Source: Selaginella moellendorffii
Taxonomy: Eukaryota > Plantae > Lycopodiophyta
Assembly (NCBI RefSeq): GCF_000143415.4
Contig: NW_003314304.1
Coordinates: 697,587-761,586, forward strand
Direction of reading: 5' to 3'
DNA length: 64,000 bases
Under the pieces are notes generated by a model. It did not search any database, was not told where the DNA came from, and saw nothing but the letters and a program-made list of their open reading frames with translations. This document shows positions 34,601-46,561 of this stretch, piece after piece; positions within the stretch are counted from its first letter, which is position 1; each line of letters starts with the position of its first letter. The position numbers were made by a program, and so were the translations under genes.

Positions 34601-35710
34601 TTATTTTGGCACAAAGTTAAGTGTGAACATTATAATGCAATGTTATTAACAGTTAGCATAAGAAATAATTACTTTAGTCTTAACCAAAACCTAAATACAA
34701 GTAAGAAGTATTGTAAAAATAAATTTATAGAGCCAATGGTGTGAAAACACCAAATGTGCAAAAGTGTAATGCTTTGAGGTCAATATTAGGGAATGCAAAG
34801 GTGGAAGAAGCAACAATTGCAGGGCTAGCTCCTTGCTGCTATGATCATCCAAGCCAGGAAACACGTAGCAAGTGCAAGAGTATACAAGTTGTGGTGAGAG
34901 GAAAAGAGTTGGGATCACGGAGACTAGCAAGCTTGACTGTCGTGGGGTGACAATGATTGAATAGTTCCACACAAGACAAAAGTGCTCAATTGCTGGAACA
35001 ATTGCTACAGGCTGAGGCTGTGAGCTCTGAGGAACAAGAGCTCCTCCTCATCTCACTACTTGCTGGTGAGCCAGGAAAGCTACTTGAGATCCAATGCCAA
35101 GAAGGAGATGGAATTTTTTTATGACAAAAAAGAGTCCTCCAAGGAGGAGCTCCAAGAACAGGATTTCTTACGAGCCAGAATGTAGCATTATAGAACTTTA
35201 AAAATCTTGTGAAGATCACAGAAGAAAAACATAGCGAAGAACTTTACATAGAACAAAGTGGTAATTTAGTGAAGAACTTACATACAAAGGATAGAACTTA
35301 AGAACTTAATAAGCTGTGAAGCTCACGGAAGAAAAATAGTTATGTGACTACTTCTCCTCACCTGTCATATTCCAATTCCTCCCCGAAATTGTTGATCTCG
35401 AGCCTTTCTCTTTTCTCGTTTTTCTTCTTTCTCTTATTTCCTTGTCGAGTATTGTCTTTGTTAGAAAAACGGTCATTGAATCAAAGAGATTGATCGCAGT
35501 ATGACATGCTATAAATAGCTAGAATAGTGTAGCCATGCTGCGCAAATGAGTTGATAAGTGTTGCTCATGACACGGTGTCGTCCTCGCAAAGAACTTTTGT
35601 GCTCCATCAAGATCTCTGCACAACGATCGTCGAGTCTGGATTGATCAGTCTTTTGTTGTGAGAATCTCGTTCCATCCTATCGAATAGCTTCTTTGCTTAG
35701 TGCGAGATAA
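31697..35710 (+). repeat. Mosaic gene-fragment repeat, copy II (PPR remnants + retropepsin ORF + AT-rich unit + unknown fragment)
   Basis: 31697..33660 is colinear with 37300..42020; 33580..35710 is largely matched in reverse by 58660..60120. Confidence 0.75.
32426..33019 (-). mobile_element. Retropepsin-like (gypsy-type aspartic protease) ORF, 197 codons, no in-frame ATG near the start
   Basis: YYSGRINDCKTKIEIDNGCDISAISLDLVKKLHLP and IFLGKDWLDEHLAIIDFRNHNVTF (compare ILGMDWL..HxAxID). Confidence 0.7.
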
Positions 35711-38700
35711 AAGAAAAATGACCAATTCAATCATCCAAATATCAGCTTCCTTGGCTACTGCGCAGAGAGCTGTGATATAGGTGAGCAAGCTTCGTTCTAG
35801 CCTTGCTTTTTTTTTATTGTACAAGGATGTTTGTCTAGTGGACTCGCTGGTGTGGACAATCACATGATGCTCAAGCCACCCAGAGAGGTATGTGCTTGGC
35901 ATCTTTGTGTATCGTAACATAGTATCTTAACGTCCTAGGAAGACGCTACCAATCCCAAGTGACAAAGGCGGTGCTGGTTGCAATCCACTTGTCAAGCAAG
36001 CCAGTTCTCAAACTTTCTCATCGAGGTAGCACTGATGAACTTCTCTTTTCCTTTATTCCTCCACTCGCTTCTTCCGTTCAATCGCCCCCGCTCTCTCTCC
36101 TTGCTTCCTCGCTATGGCGTCGTGTTGTCCCTAATGATCAAGAATAGCAGTGAGGAGTTTCGAGATGTCGTTTGCTTCTCACTTTGGGCTTTCTCCCAAG
36201 GAATGTCCAGTGGATGAAAAGAAGAAAAGCTTGGGACAAGTTCTTGGTGAAAAGGAAACAATGCAAAAGCTTGGAAGCAGAGAAGAAGAAGGCTGCGCTG
36301 TGCTTGGAGACAATTGATTCCTGGTGAATACAAAGGCCTCTGCATTGCGGACGAGAAGAAAGGCTGAAAGTCAGGAAAGCAGTTAGGTTTCGAGACAGGC
36401 AAATGATAAGTCGGACAGCAGAGTTGTCTCCAGGGAGCAGCATGACAGTGGCAACTACAGAAGCCTGGATCCAGCAAGGAAGGAAAGCTCCAAGTGGAGA
36501 GTCTCAGGCACACCATAGCGAGCTCTTCTACAGCCAGCCGGCATGCGTCAACACTTTCGTCGAGCTCGGAGATGCAGTCCGAGAGCATGCCCGGATGAGG
36601 AACCTGGCCGAGGGGATGAAGATCCACACACGACTCACCGAAACACACTTACCATGGCATACTCTTCATCCAGATGTCGCAAGATCAAAGAGGTTTGCCT
36701 TTCCGGGACTGAGTTACTTGGACAACCATAAGGAGGGACTCCAGCCAATCTGAGTTACTTGCTTGGCAATTCTCCACGCAGGTGGTGAGAGCTTTCCATG
36801 AGCCGTTTGTGGAGAATGGCTTGGAGGGGGATGTGACCATTGGCACTGCACGCGAAGTGTGGGACTCCACCAGGTATTCGACCGGATGCCCGACCACGGC
36901 GTGGTAGCTTGGATGGGGATGACCACTGTGTATGCGAATGTCGGGAAGTTAGGTGATGCTCTGTGGCCATACAGATCGACTTACACAAGCGCTCTCACTA
37001 CCTGCCTGAGCACTCCAGAAGGCAAGCTCCTCCTCCAGGAACTTGGCCTGGAAGACGATGCAGCCACTGTACTGCTGCTGCAGAGGCCTGAAAACTGCTG
37101 AGAGCTTGTTTTAGGACAGTGTCGCGTGGAAATGTGTGCAACAATTTCAACGAGAAAGCCGTGGAACTCCACCTCAGCTTCGTAGAGGAGTCACGATGGT
37201 ACTTTTTGATGATGCTCGATGCTCCTCTTGGCTTGCAAGTGCAAGATGCTTTGTCCAACAAGCTCTTGCTCTGTATATCTCCACCATCACCACACACCTA
37301 TAGTGACTTAGAATGTGATTCCTTGAGAAAATGCCTAGATGGGGCAAATTTCTGGAACAATGCTTGTTTTAGATCGAATTCCAGAGTGGGACGTAGTTTT
37401 GGATTCTCAAAGTTGCAATGATCAGTGAAGCAAGAGACCAGTTCGAGCCATGCCTGAGAGAGATTCTATGTCATAGAATGTCATTATTTCAACATATGCT
37501 CCAAGAAAAGAAGTGCTCAGTGCACGAAAGAGAATTCGTTACCGTACACACTGATTATGGGCTGGAATGCTCCGAGAAAAAACCCAGTGCGGTGAAACCA
37601 ATTAATTGTAATCTCTTGATTCCTTGCCTCAAAGAAGGCTTGAATTTTCCTAGAAACACTTTTCTTTCAGGAGTTCCTGGGAAGAGCCTAAGGAGAGTGT
37701 TTGCTGTCATTTCCATGATCTCTGCATATGCGTAACGACGGCATGCATCCTAATCAGAGTGCTTCTTTGACTCTGTGGAAGTTCCAAACGTTATTACGTG
37801 AAATTGCTCCATCCATTGAGGTCTTTGAAGTCTTGAATCTGGAAGGATTCAAGCCAGACTTCATGAGCCTTTTGATCGCTTGCTGCCCTTGGGCTGGTAA
37901 TCGCTGCTAGAGACACATTGGCTTCAATGGTTTTGTAAGTCCCTACTGCTGCTTGATCGGTGTAGTTTGGCTCTAGGATGATGAGGATCTCATTAACACA
38001 ATGCCATTTTTTCCAGATTTTTCCAACTGGGGATGCTTCGCGAGTGCCTGTAAGATCCATTCTTGCAATGCCAAGATGTGTAGAATTTGTAAAACTGGAT
38101 CGTAAAAAATCACCGAAAGAAGTTTGACTACCTTTGACTTACCTGAGCCGTTAGATCTTGTACGGGCGGTTGATTCAATTGCTGATAGCCCAATAGCAGG
38201 CGAGCTTAATGGTCTTTTGCCCCAAACTTCTTCTCGTCTTTGGCTCGCGACTTGGCCGTGCATGGACTCACCGCCATGGGGGCTGCGGCTAAGTTCTACA
38301 AGCTGCTAAGAAGATGGCATGTTTGTGACAGCAGGGAGCCATGTCCGTGCAAGATTACGGCCTCGACAAGGGACGACGAAGGCGGTGAAGCTCCTGCTGT
38401 GACGAAGCATGGCTTGCCGAGCTGCAGGGCCTCCCAGCTTCGAGGCAAACCTCGACCAAGAGCGTGATCCCATCATCTTCCCCTTTCGGCATCCCTCCCA
38501 CTCTCAAGAGGTTGCGCGGCGGAATGCTGGCCAAAGCGATGCATTATTTCTCAAGCCGAGTGGAGAGAGCCTGGGATGAAAGGAAGAAGGCGGATGATAT
38601 AAAGGTGGTGGAGGAAAAGAGGAAGCCAAGAAGGCAGACCAAGGCTATGGCAAGAGCTGTGTGAGGCGTACGTGCTGGAGCTAAGACGCCACGATGAAGC

Positions 38701-39295
38701 GGTGGGTTTCAGTGGCAGGCCCTTTTCTTGCGACTATGCTGCACAGAAGCTCAAGCAAGAAATTGGTCCGGGAAGGGCCAATCTAGCAAAGCACTGGATC
38801 GTGGTTACGCTGCTGCTAAACAAGCCCGAGCTCACCTCCAGTCACGGTTTACTCATACGTACTTGAAGGAGCGCGATCGTTGTCTTGCAATCAAGACGAT
38901 GCGAATTAAGTGGCCAAGATGGATTAGCTGGTGAGTGTGGCTGATCTAAGACTACGGTGGCACCTCCAGCAGCATAAAATCTAAGCGACGGGGCTCGTGA
39001 TGATGCCATGAAGCTTGGAGGTGGGCGATGAAGAAGCTTGGCAAGGATGGAGTAGTCCAAGGAGCCGAGCTTGGGGGGCTTGGTGGACAGGCGTCCAAGA
39101 GGCTCAAGATCTGTGGCCCATGCTCTCCAGGTGACTGAGTTTACGAGATGGTGGTGGAGAAATGGAGGAGCTCCTGGTTCTTCCTTTTGCTCTAAACCTA
39201 AAAGTTTTTTTTTTAAAAATATCAATGAGATGATTACTAAGCAAAGATCCTGTGCGCTCATATTTGTACAAATATCACATTATTTTTATTACAAA

Positions 39296-39800
39296 GTTCA
39301 TCTCAACCTAAACCATTGCAAAATGACTGCAAGAGATGGCATTCTCCATGTACAAAGATCATAAAGTTTTATTGTAGCCTGATGTTCTATAGTGTTGGAG
39401 CACCAACATAAACTATTTATCTCTTCCTTGAATTTATCCGTACTCACTTTATCAATACCATGAGGATATTGAAATCTGTACCGCAAACCTGCATTTAAAA
39501 GTAACATTGTGATTTCTAAAGTTAGTAATTGCTATGTGCTTGTGAAGCCAATCTTTCCCAAGAAATATACTATCAGAGGAGTCTTTAAGAACACCGAATA
39601 TCTCTCTCAAAAAACTTTCCCAAGTTATAAGCTAAATTCTCAACTCCATAACCTTCGTCCAATTGATCACCTTCATTCCAAAATACTTGTGATTGTGAAT
39701 TGTAGGGAGTCTAAGTTTCTTGACAAAATAAAGTGACATAGTTGATGTTCCATAACCATTATCTATTATGATTTTGATTTTGTAGTCATTGATTCTCTTA
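39296..39800 (-). pseudogene. Degenerate copy of the retropepsin-like ORF
   Basis: GLRYRFQYPHGI..KFKEEINSLCWCSNTIE matches 32426..32620; frameshifted. Confidence 0.75.
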
Positions 39801-39869
39801 GGTATTGATTTATCCTCCTAAATCTTATTGATTGAGATAAATTATTGTCACTAGTGAGACAATATATAA

Positions 39870-40625
39870 TACTCTGTTATTATATTTTTGCTACCACTAC
39901 AATCTAATTGTGATAATAATATATGCAATGTTGATGCATCTAATGTGAAACTAATGTTATATTTCTATGTGGTAATATCGTGAAAGTTTCCTTAAATTCA
40001 CAACCCAATTTAAAATCCTTAATTTGCCAAATTCTATGTTGAATTAATTAATTTTTCCTCTTGTACTTTTACAACCATTATAATTTAATTGTAGGCAATG
40101 TTAGTATATCCAGGGTGAATCTAATGTTATATTACTATTTGAAATAAGTAGTAATATGGTGAAAGGTTCTTTAAATTCGTAGCCTTGTATTGTGAAATTA
40201 AAATCCTTAACTTGCCAAATTTTATGTTGAATTAATTAATTTTTCTTAAACCATATTATTATACTTTTACTACCACTGCAATTTAACTGTAAAGAATTTT
40301 AATGTATCTAGCATAAATCTAACATAATAATGCTATATGAAATAAATGATAATATGGTGAAAGCTTCTTTAAATTCATAACCCTATATTGTAAATTTAAA
40401 ATCTTTAACTTACCAAATTTTGAGTTGAATTAATTAATTTTTCATAACCCCTATTATTGTACTTTTACTATCACTATAATTTAACTATAGGTAATATTGA
40501 TGTATCCAAGGTGAACCCAACTTTTATATTTCTATTTAAAACAAGTGGTAATATAAGTTTCATTAAATTCATAACCTTGTATTGTGAATTTAAAATTCCT
40601 AACTAACCAAATTTTATATTGAATG
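39870..40625 (+). repeat. AT-rich tandem repeat, ~190-bp unit x4 (single copy at ~33050..33240)
   Basis: Recurring ..TTAAATTC..AACCC..AATTTAAAATCCTTAA.TTGCCAAATT.TATGTTGAATTAATTAATTTTT. Confidence 0.8.
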
Positions 40626-40718
40626 TCATTTCGTTGCTTTCCCGCCTAAGGAAAAGAAAAATATACCTTTTTTTTTTCAAACTGACATTCCCTAAATAAC
40701 CTCATAACCATTCCTTTT

Positions 40719-41710
40719 AGAGACTTATTCAAGTTTAAAGTTAGCTATAAACACAAACTAAAGAAAAATAATTGTAAATTAATATATATAAATTAGTTTA
40801 TTATGTTAAATTTAAAATTTTAAATCACTAAGCTGGCAAAACACTAATAGTTTTACTTTGAAATAAAAAATATGAATTCAATGAAAAAACTGGAAAAATT
40901 TATTAAAATGTTGTTTATTACGCAACTATATTTTTCCTATGAGTACTTTTTTGTCTTAGTGACTCCTTTTACAGTGGTTAATATGGGGCAGTTTGAAATT
41001 GATTCTGCCCAAAAGTGGGGGAAAACTCTTTCTTTATAAAGAGTATATATATACGCATACATCATGAAAACAAAAGAAACCCATAAAAAGATAGTTAAAT
41101 GGGTCGCTATCATATATAAACAATAAATTTAATTAATTAATTAATTATAAATTTAAGTATAAAATTTACATTGAATTTTTTTTTTCAATGCTAACATAAC
41201 CAAATGCTATATTTATAAACTTAATGTGGATAATGATGGAAAACCCTTTTTTAATAAAATAATCTTCTTGAGAATCTAGAGACTTCTTTAAGTTTAAAGT
41301 TAGGCATAAACACAAACTAAAGAAAAATAATTGTAAAATAATATATATAAATTAGTCTATTAGGCCGGATTTAAAATTTTAAATCACTAAAATAGCAAAA
41401 TATTACTAGTTTTACTGTGAAATAATAAATATGAATTTAATCTAAAGAACATTAAAAGTTATCAAAGTGTTTTTATTATGCAACTATACTTTACAAATTA
41501 GATAAAGTAGGAAATAACCTTTTTTATTCAACGAACTTACATACCCATATATCATAAGGATATAAAAACCCATAAAAAAACATTTAAATGGTTTGCTGAC
41601 ATATACAAATCATAAATTTAATTAATTAATTAATTATAAAATTAATTATAAAATTTACATTCAACATAACCAAATACTATATTTTTACTAAAGTTATAAA
41701 TTTAATGTAA
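40719..41710 (+). repeat. AT-rich direct duplication, ~560-bp period x2
   Basis: GAGACTT..AAGTTTAAAGTTAG..ATAAACACAAACTAAAGAAAAATAATTGTAAA at ~40720 and ~41279. Confidence 0.8.
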
Positions 41711-42130
41711 TAGTAAATAATGAAATTAAACCATTTTATATCTTCTAAAAAATATTCTTGTGTCTTGACTTCAGCAACTTTGCCGCCTAGATGTTGCAGT
41801 CAACGGTGCCGTACAACCTCCTCAGCCAGGTTGACTGCAAAAGTTTTAGTCTATGAGCAATCCTGGCACTGCAATTCATCCCATGGATCACGGAGAAGTT
41901 GTCGCTACTTTACAGCTCCTCAGATTGCCCCTACAAGTTCGCAGAAGATGGGCTCCCCAGGAGCATCCAGCACAAGCCATCTTCCGGATTGGGGAGGACC
42001 ACGGATTGTTCCTGGGGAGTTCTTGGTTTAGACCTCGCCCCGTGGTCATGGGATAGATCGATCCTGCTAAAAGAAGAGAAGCTGGGGCGATCCATAGTGG
42101 GAAAAATAAAAGGTGTAGTGTGTACCTGTG

Positions 42131-45100
42131 TCATACCACTCGAACCCAGTGACCACCACACATCGGACACGAATACGCCCATCTTCCAGTCCACCATGCC
42201 TCACGAGAATTTGAAGGCACAGCACTGGCCTGTGAATTCGGGGACCACGGGACAAGAGATGCAGTTTGCCGTCCACACCTCATGCACTGGAATACAAAGA
42301 GAAAGAGAGTGATGAAAACGAAAACGAAGAAAAGACCATGTTTGAATACCTTGTGCCAGACTGCGTGTAGGACGGACTTCCACGACGAAGTTATCACGTC
42401 CCGCCTGGAGCCCATGAAACCTGTGTAGCTTCCCAAGCCAACCGCGGTTTCCACACCGCAAGCAGCGTCTCGCTCGGCAAACCTCCGCTTTCGAGGCCAC
42501 AAATCCATGGGCCTTTCGTGCTTGTCCAGGCTTTCCAGTCTCTCGGACCAAGGTCCACCGGACATGATTCTCTTGTTCCATTCTTCCGCGGGCGGATGGA
42601 GCTCCAGCTCACGCATGAGGAGTCCCGCAGCATCGGCTCCACGAGGACGAGGCAAATTCTGCAAAGAACCAGGAGCTCGTAAGAGACCAACCATTTGTGT
42701 TTTTGTTTTGGGTACCTGCATGTGTGGGCCAAGAGAAGCTTCGACAATCTCGGGGACCACCGAGAACTGTCCATCAATGTAATGTAGTCTAAAGCTCGGG
42801 TTGCTCGCTCCAGCGGGGAACTTTGGGAACGGATGAGCAAGCGGCGCTGTTCTCTTGCATAGATCTAACAACACGAGAAATAAATATTTCACCTGCAGTT
42901 AAAGCTCGTGAGCTTCTGGAAATGAAAACAAAAAGAAATGCGCAGACCTCGTCGGCTGTATAGCCTTGACCAGCATTTCCACTTCCCAGTCTTAAAGGAC
43001 GTGTATGAACTGGCTCCTCCTTGGACGGCTGAACCAAAGCAGCTTTTGCAACTTGGCCGTCCTCAGTTTTTACAGTAGGCATTAGACGAGGTCCATTGTT
43101 GGCGGACTCTTCTGCTTTGACGGGCGCTACTTCCGACTTTCCCATGTACCGTGGGAGTTGTCTCTTGCGAAAGACCAGGCAAAAGAGGAGGAGCTGACAG
43201 AGCTTGTGCAGGAAATAGCAGTCTCCGATGAGACGAACCGCAGGGATGCCAGGAAACGTCGATGTGCTCATGCTTAGAGGTGGCGCCGCAGGAGCAACTG
43301 TGGCGGTATCAGTGTTGCTCATCTTCGCCACGGCACCTTGTATCCAAGCGTGGACTTGAGCGTTTCCACCATTGCTGCTGGCGCCACCAGGTTGGTTTCC
43401 TGAATAAGAATTCGGTTGAGAAGATATCAAAAAACTTTCGCCATACCTGGTGGCGGCAGCGGTGGTGGTGTTGTCGTTGTTGGTGCTGGAGGTGCTGCTG
43501 GTGTCGGAACTGGTGCTGGTGTTGGTGCTACTGGTGCTGGTGCTGCTGATGCTGGCGCTGGAGGCTGAGATCCTGCGGGAGGACCGTTTGAGCTTGGTGC
43601 TTTGACAGCAGCAAGAGTTCGGCAAAAGCTTGCGTATCTCCGCAATCGGGTCAAAAAGTGAGACGCTAGATCCAAAACCACGTCGACGTAAGACTGCACG
43701 AGAGCGTTTCAATGACAGTGTTATTACAAGTGTCGAAACGAACCTGAATTTGATGAACGAGAGCTGGATCAACAAGCATGGCTTCACCGCCAAGACCTGT
43801 CAGAGTTTCGCTGGGTGCTTGCCAAGGGTCGAGAATAAGCGTCGAAGGATTAACGAGTGCTGCTTCTATGCCTTTGCCTAGGACTTCCAATAAAAGTCTG
43901 GCCTGCATATCAAGGACAAGTGCTCTTACTTCAGCAGCATCTGCCCCTTCTAACATCCTACACTTAATGCGATCCAGAGCCTGTGATCCGAAAACAAATT
44001 TGAGAAAAATTTAGGATAAAATAAAAAGAAAACTTACAGGTCCGTAATGCTGACGATGACCTGCATTTGGCAAAGAATGAAAATCTGAATCTAGAACCGC
44101 TGCAATTGCCCCTAGAGAAACTGACAAACGTAAAAGGCATGAATTAGCACGCGCGGGAGATGATAGAGACATGAAAAACTACCTAGGCCTTCGTCAGCAG
44201 CGCTTTGAGAGTACGCAATAGCGTCCCACCAATCAAGTTGAGTTACCAAGCTCCACCAAAATCTGTTTCATCAAATGGTTGAGCATCTACTTCACCCAAA
44301 GAAGGAACTTACCTGTCGGCTATCTGGCGTTCCAGGGGCGCAGTTGTAGGCCCAGATGATGAAAGGGATCGAACACGAACAATCTTCAAGAAGCTGGTGT
44401 CGGAGTCTGTGTCATGCCAGGCACATGAGAGGCAGCAACCGGAAGCAGATAGAGCTGGAGATGCAACCAAAAGCCCGACTTGGACGCAGAAGTTCTCGAC
44501 CGGAAGCAGCCCAGGGCCAGAGAACAAGTGAACTTCGCCACCTAAGAGTGCCACCGCAACTTCTCCCCCGTGACCGCTGAAGCGAACTTTTGCGATACAC
44601 TTGACGACGGGTAAAGGCTCTGTTTCCTGTTCCTCGGCCGCAGCGTCACCTGTATCCATGCTGCTCGAAGCGTCCCGCTCTCGTTTATTATACGACATGG
44701 CCAGCTTTGTCTGAGGAAAGCTCTTGTTCACGACTGTTTTCCATGTTGTAGCCATAGGATGCGACATAGCACCGTAATTCGCAGCTCCTGCTTCAAAAAC
44801 AGAGTGTATGGCCACTTGTTGCCGTGAACTTTCCCACCTTTGAAACTTCCATCCGGTCATAGAAGGCCCTCCATCAGGATGTTTTGGAGACATATATTGT
44901 CCTGTAGAGACACAGAGAAAAAGAATGAGCAAAGAACGATAATATTGACGACCAAACCTTCAACTATCACAACAAGAAGCGCCGTCCCTTGCTTTTCCGG
45001 ATCGAATGCCACTGCTGCCACTCCGGTTCCCCAAGCTGCTACATTCGATCCAGTGGACGCCTCCGGACTCACGTAGGCTGAGAAGTTTGAAATTGGCGAG

Positions 45101-46485
45101 CACTGCAGAAAAGGACCTTCCTTGTCAGGAAGGTCCTTCTCGCGAAGCTCCTGCCAACTGAGAAGATACGCTGCCAACGATGCCATCCCCGGCCATGAAG
45201 GAGCAGTAAATGGTAGAGGCGACGCACCAAGCTTCATCAGCTGCTGACCATTAAATACGCCTGGAGTGATCTCCCAGATGACAATTGTAGAAGGATTGCC
45301 GATAGGCACTCCTGCAACTATCAAGGAGCCAGCGTCGTTGACGAGAACATCTGCAGCATAGATTCCACTCGGCCCAGCTCCTAAAACACCTCTGCTTGAC
45401 GAGTACCAAACTGGCGTAGAGGAGTCTTTGAGAGGCGACTGCCGCCATCGGAGTTGCACCACACCCGACGATAAAACGATGCAAGCACAAAGAAAATTCG
45501 GCCATTTAGCTGCAAGTTAGCGAAGGTTAGCGCGAGACGAACTTTCGAATGTAAACTTTGATCACCAGAGATTGTAGCTTGACGTGCTAGGAATCTTTCC
45601 TCAAACAGTGGTGAAGTTCCAGAACCGGCATCCGTCCATTGGTACTGAAAACATAGTTTAAAGCTAAGCCGAGAAAGGATAACTCTGAGCTCACCGAATA
45701 CTGTGGAGTGATCCATTTCGTGACAACTGCTTGATCTTGCCTCCATTCGTGCTCACAATTCCAGCAATTAAATGCCCGTGCCACATTCAAGGGGCCCTGA
45801 GGAACAATGTATAAACAGAAGGAAAGAAAGAGAAAGAAAACATACTTTGGATGGTTGAGTCCAGATAGTCACTTTTCCACGAGAATTCACCACTAAAAGC
45901 GCCCGCTCGCAGCTGGGAGGAGACCACTCGATGAAGGCGATGGAATCACAAGGAGTGTCTACAGCACAAGAGAAAAATAAGAGAGAAAAAGTAGATTCTT
46001 GGAAGAACAAACAGTCGCAAATTCACTCACCAGCAACCACGTTGAAGATCGCGTGCTCCGTGGGCCTCTCAGGATCGACGACATGGACTGGGATCCAGAA
46101 CGTAGGCTTCTGCCGAGAACTAGGAAGCCAGAATTTTCATCTCGAGAGAGAAACCATCACACATACCCTGGATCTCTCGCACAAGTCTCCGTGGCGCAGG
46201 CGATTATGTTCGTTTTCCCACACCAAGCGGCGGCACTGCTGCGAAATTTCAAGCATCAATCGCGAGTCAGGGATCGCATTCCCTGCCAGAGCAATGTTCT
46301 TGCCTGAAAGATTTGAAATCCGGGAACTTGATCCTCCGCCGCTGACTGAAGGGCTGCGGATGCAGCGAGAGCTGGAGGATTGTGCTGCTCTCGTCATCGC
46401 CATCAGCTGCAGCTGGATTCTCCTCCTCGCCATCGCTGCCCTTGTCGCCAGTGGCTGGAGGAGCCGCTGCCGGGGCGGGATCCAT
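42131..46485 (-). CDS. MED16: Mediator of RNA polymerase II transcription subunit 16 (SFR6), multi-exon
   Basis: N-terminal AWCGKTNIIACA, FWIPVHVVDPERPTEH, IEWSPPSCERALLV, QARLLL, SHFLTRLRRYASFCRTLA, VRLIGDCYFLHKLCQLLLFC, GSGNAGQGYT, and C-terminal Zn-ribbon CMRCGRQT...WAYSCPMCGGHWVRVV. Confidence 0.92.
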
Positions 46486-46561
46486 TTCCTAGCTACCAAG
46501 AACCCTAAAATCCTGGCATTATTTACAAACAGGGCCTTTCTACCTTTACTGTTATTAACTT

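Larger units (their letters stand above)
36540..42070 (+). repeat. Mosaic gene-fragment repeat, copy III, with internal insertions and tandem amplifications
   Basis: Blocks shared with copy II: TAGTGACTTAGAATG.., ACTCAC..CCATGGGG..GCTAAGTTC, TTCATCTCAACCTAAAC and ATTGGGGAGGACCACGGATTGTTCCTGGGGA. Confidence 0.7.

Noticed and set aside
35960-36540. Coiled-coil-like coding fragment
   Set aside because: Disrupted and unidentifiable from sequence alone.
38330-39190. Coding-like insert with several short ORFs
   Set aside because: Multiple stops and frameshifts and no identifiable motif; cannot support a call.
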